A stretch of DNA of 64,000 bases from an uncultured Methanomicrobiales archaeon (GTDB taxonomy: Archaea > Halobacteriota > Methanomicrobia > Methanomicrobiales > Methanospirillaceae), in NCBI GenBank assembly GCA_963697895.1, contig OY969100.1, forward strand, positions 1,920,001-1,984,000, given 5' to 3'. Made by a program: the position numbers and the translations under genes. Below, piece after piece: positions 63,106 to 64,000 of the stretch. The notes beneath the pieces are model-generated. The model did no database searches, was not told the origin of the DNA, and was given only the letters and a program-made list of their open reading frames with translations. Within the stretch, counting starts at the first letter, position 1. Each line of letters starts with the position of its first letter.

Positions 63106-64000
63106 CAGTTCTTCGCACGGAACGAAAATATATCGAAATACTCCGGATTCTAAAGGATCATAACGAGCCTCTCGGCGCGAAGCGTCTCTCGGAGTTAATG
63201 GCAGAACATGGATATGTTCTTTCAGATCGGGCAGTCCAGTACTATCTTTCTTATCTCGATGCGATGGGTTTCACCGAAAAAGTGGGAAATCAAGGGCGGA
63301 TTCTGACATCCGAAGGAATGGCGGAGTCAGAAAATGCCCTGGTGGAAGATCGGATCGGATTTATTATTTCAAAACTGGAACGGCTTGCATTTAGAAGCAC
63401 TTTTGATCCTGTAACGCAGACGGGGGATGTCGCATACAACCTGTCGATTGTGCCGGAAAACCAGCTTGAAGGGGTCTGCGGAGCGTTCGATGAGGTTATA
63501 TCGGCAGGTTTGGGATTCTTCTCATCATATCATGTCATCGAGCAGGATCCCCGGATACCCGATGGCTCTGTCGGGATCATGACTATCTGCAGTATTACGA
63601 TGGATGGCGTTCTCCAGCGGCGCGGAATACCGGTGAGAATGGCGTATGGCGGGCGCCTTAGTATTGATGAGGGGGAACCACAGCGGTTCCTGGACCTCAT
63701 CGGGTACCGGGGGACCACTATTGACCCCCTCCAGTTGTTCATCTCCGCCGGCCTGACCTCTATATCCTCCCTTGTCACGCAAAAAAAAGGCGTAGCCCTT
63801 GCAAATGTCAGGGAGGTGCCGGTGGGGTCCGGCACGCAGGTCGGGGAGTATATCGAAATGATGAGGAAATGCGGATTTGTGTATCCGATCCGGATGGGAA
63901 CATCAATCTTCAATCTCCGGCCGGATCCATACCGGCTCTCGATTGTTGCATTTAGCGGCCTGAATTTTATTGGAAATGCGGTGGAACACGGGTTCAGAAT
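63102..64000 (+). CDS. nrpR: Nitrogen regulator NrpR family (wHTH + NRD/DUF128), 3'-truncated, absent from ORF track
   Basis: Manual translation MTVLRTERKYIEILRILKDHNEPLGAKRLS...DRAVQYYL...GRILT...STFDP..TGDVAYN...TICSITMDG...GYRGTTIDPL. ATGA overlap with dcd. Confidence 0.9.
   Translation, partial: MTVLRTERKYIEILRILKDHNEPLGAKRLSELMAEHGYVLSDRAVQYYLSYLDAMGFTEKVGNQGRILTSEGMAESENALVEDRIGFIISKLERLAFRSTFDPVTQTGDVAYNLSIVPENQLEGVCGAFDEVISAGLGFFSSYHVIEQDPRIPDGSVGIMTICSITMDGVLQRRGIPVRMAYGGRLSIDEGEPQRFLDLIGYRGTTIDPLQLFISAGLTSISSLVTQKKGVALANVREVPVGSGTQVGEYIEMMRKCGFVYPIRMGTSIFNLRPDPYRLSIVAFSGLNFIGNAVEHGFR

Overview
Core-genome segment of a hydrogenotrophic methanogen. The gene set (frhADGB, sepS, mptA, iorAB, NrpR, DUF3821/PGF-CTERM S-layer protein) points to Methanomicrobiales, Methanoregula/Methanolinea-like by inference. 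It holds about 60 housekeeping CDSs (translation, tRNA/rRNA modification, cofactor synthesis, F420-reducing hydrogenase), five tRNA genes and the SRP (7S) RNA. I found no mobile element, CRISPR array or prophage. The most striking signal is nine single-base frameshifts in conserved, partly essential genes. Six are repaired by deleting one base from a corrupted AGCT palindrome, one sits immediately after GTAC, and two are homopolymer deletions, one of them abutting AGCT. This looks like methylation-induced long-read basecalling error, i.e. a methylome footprint, and the window contains an orphan beta-class DNA methyltransferase that is a candidate AGCT methylase. Secondary leads include candidate structured small RNAs, a possible two-start frhG, a bacterial-type RlmH, a missing nadA, and several conserved genes of unknown function. 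All annotations come from reading the sequence and recalled family motifs; no searches were run.
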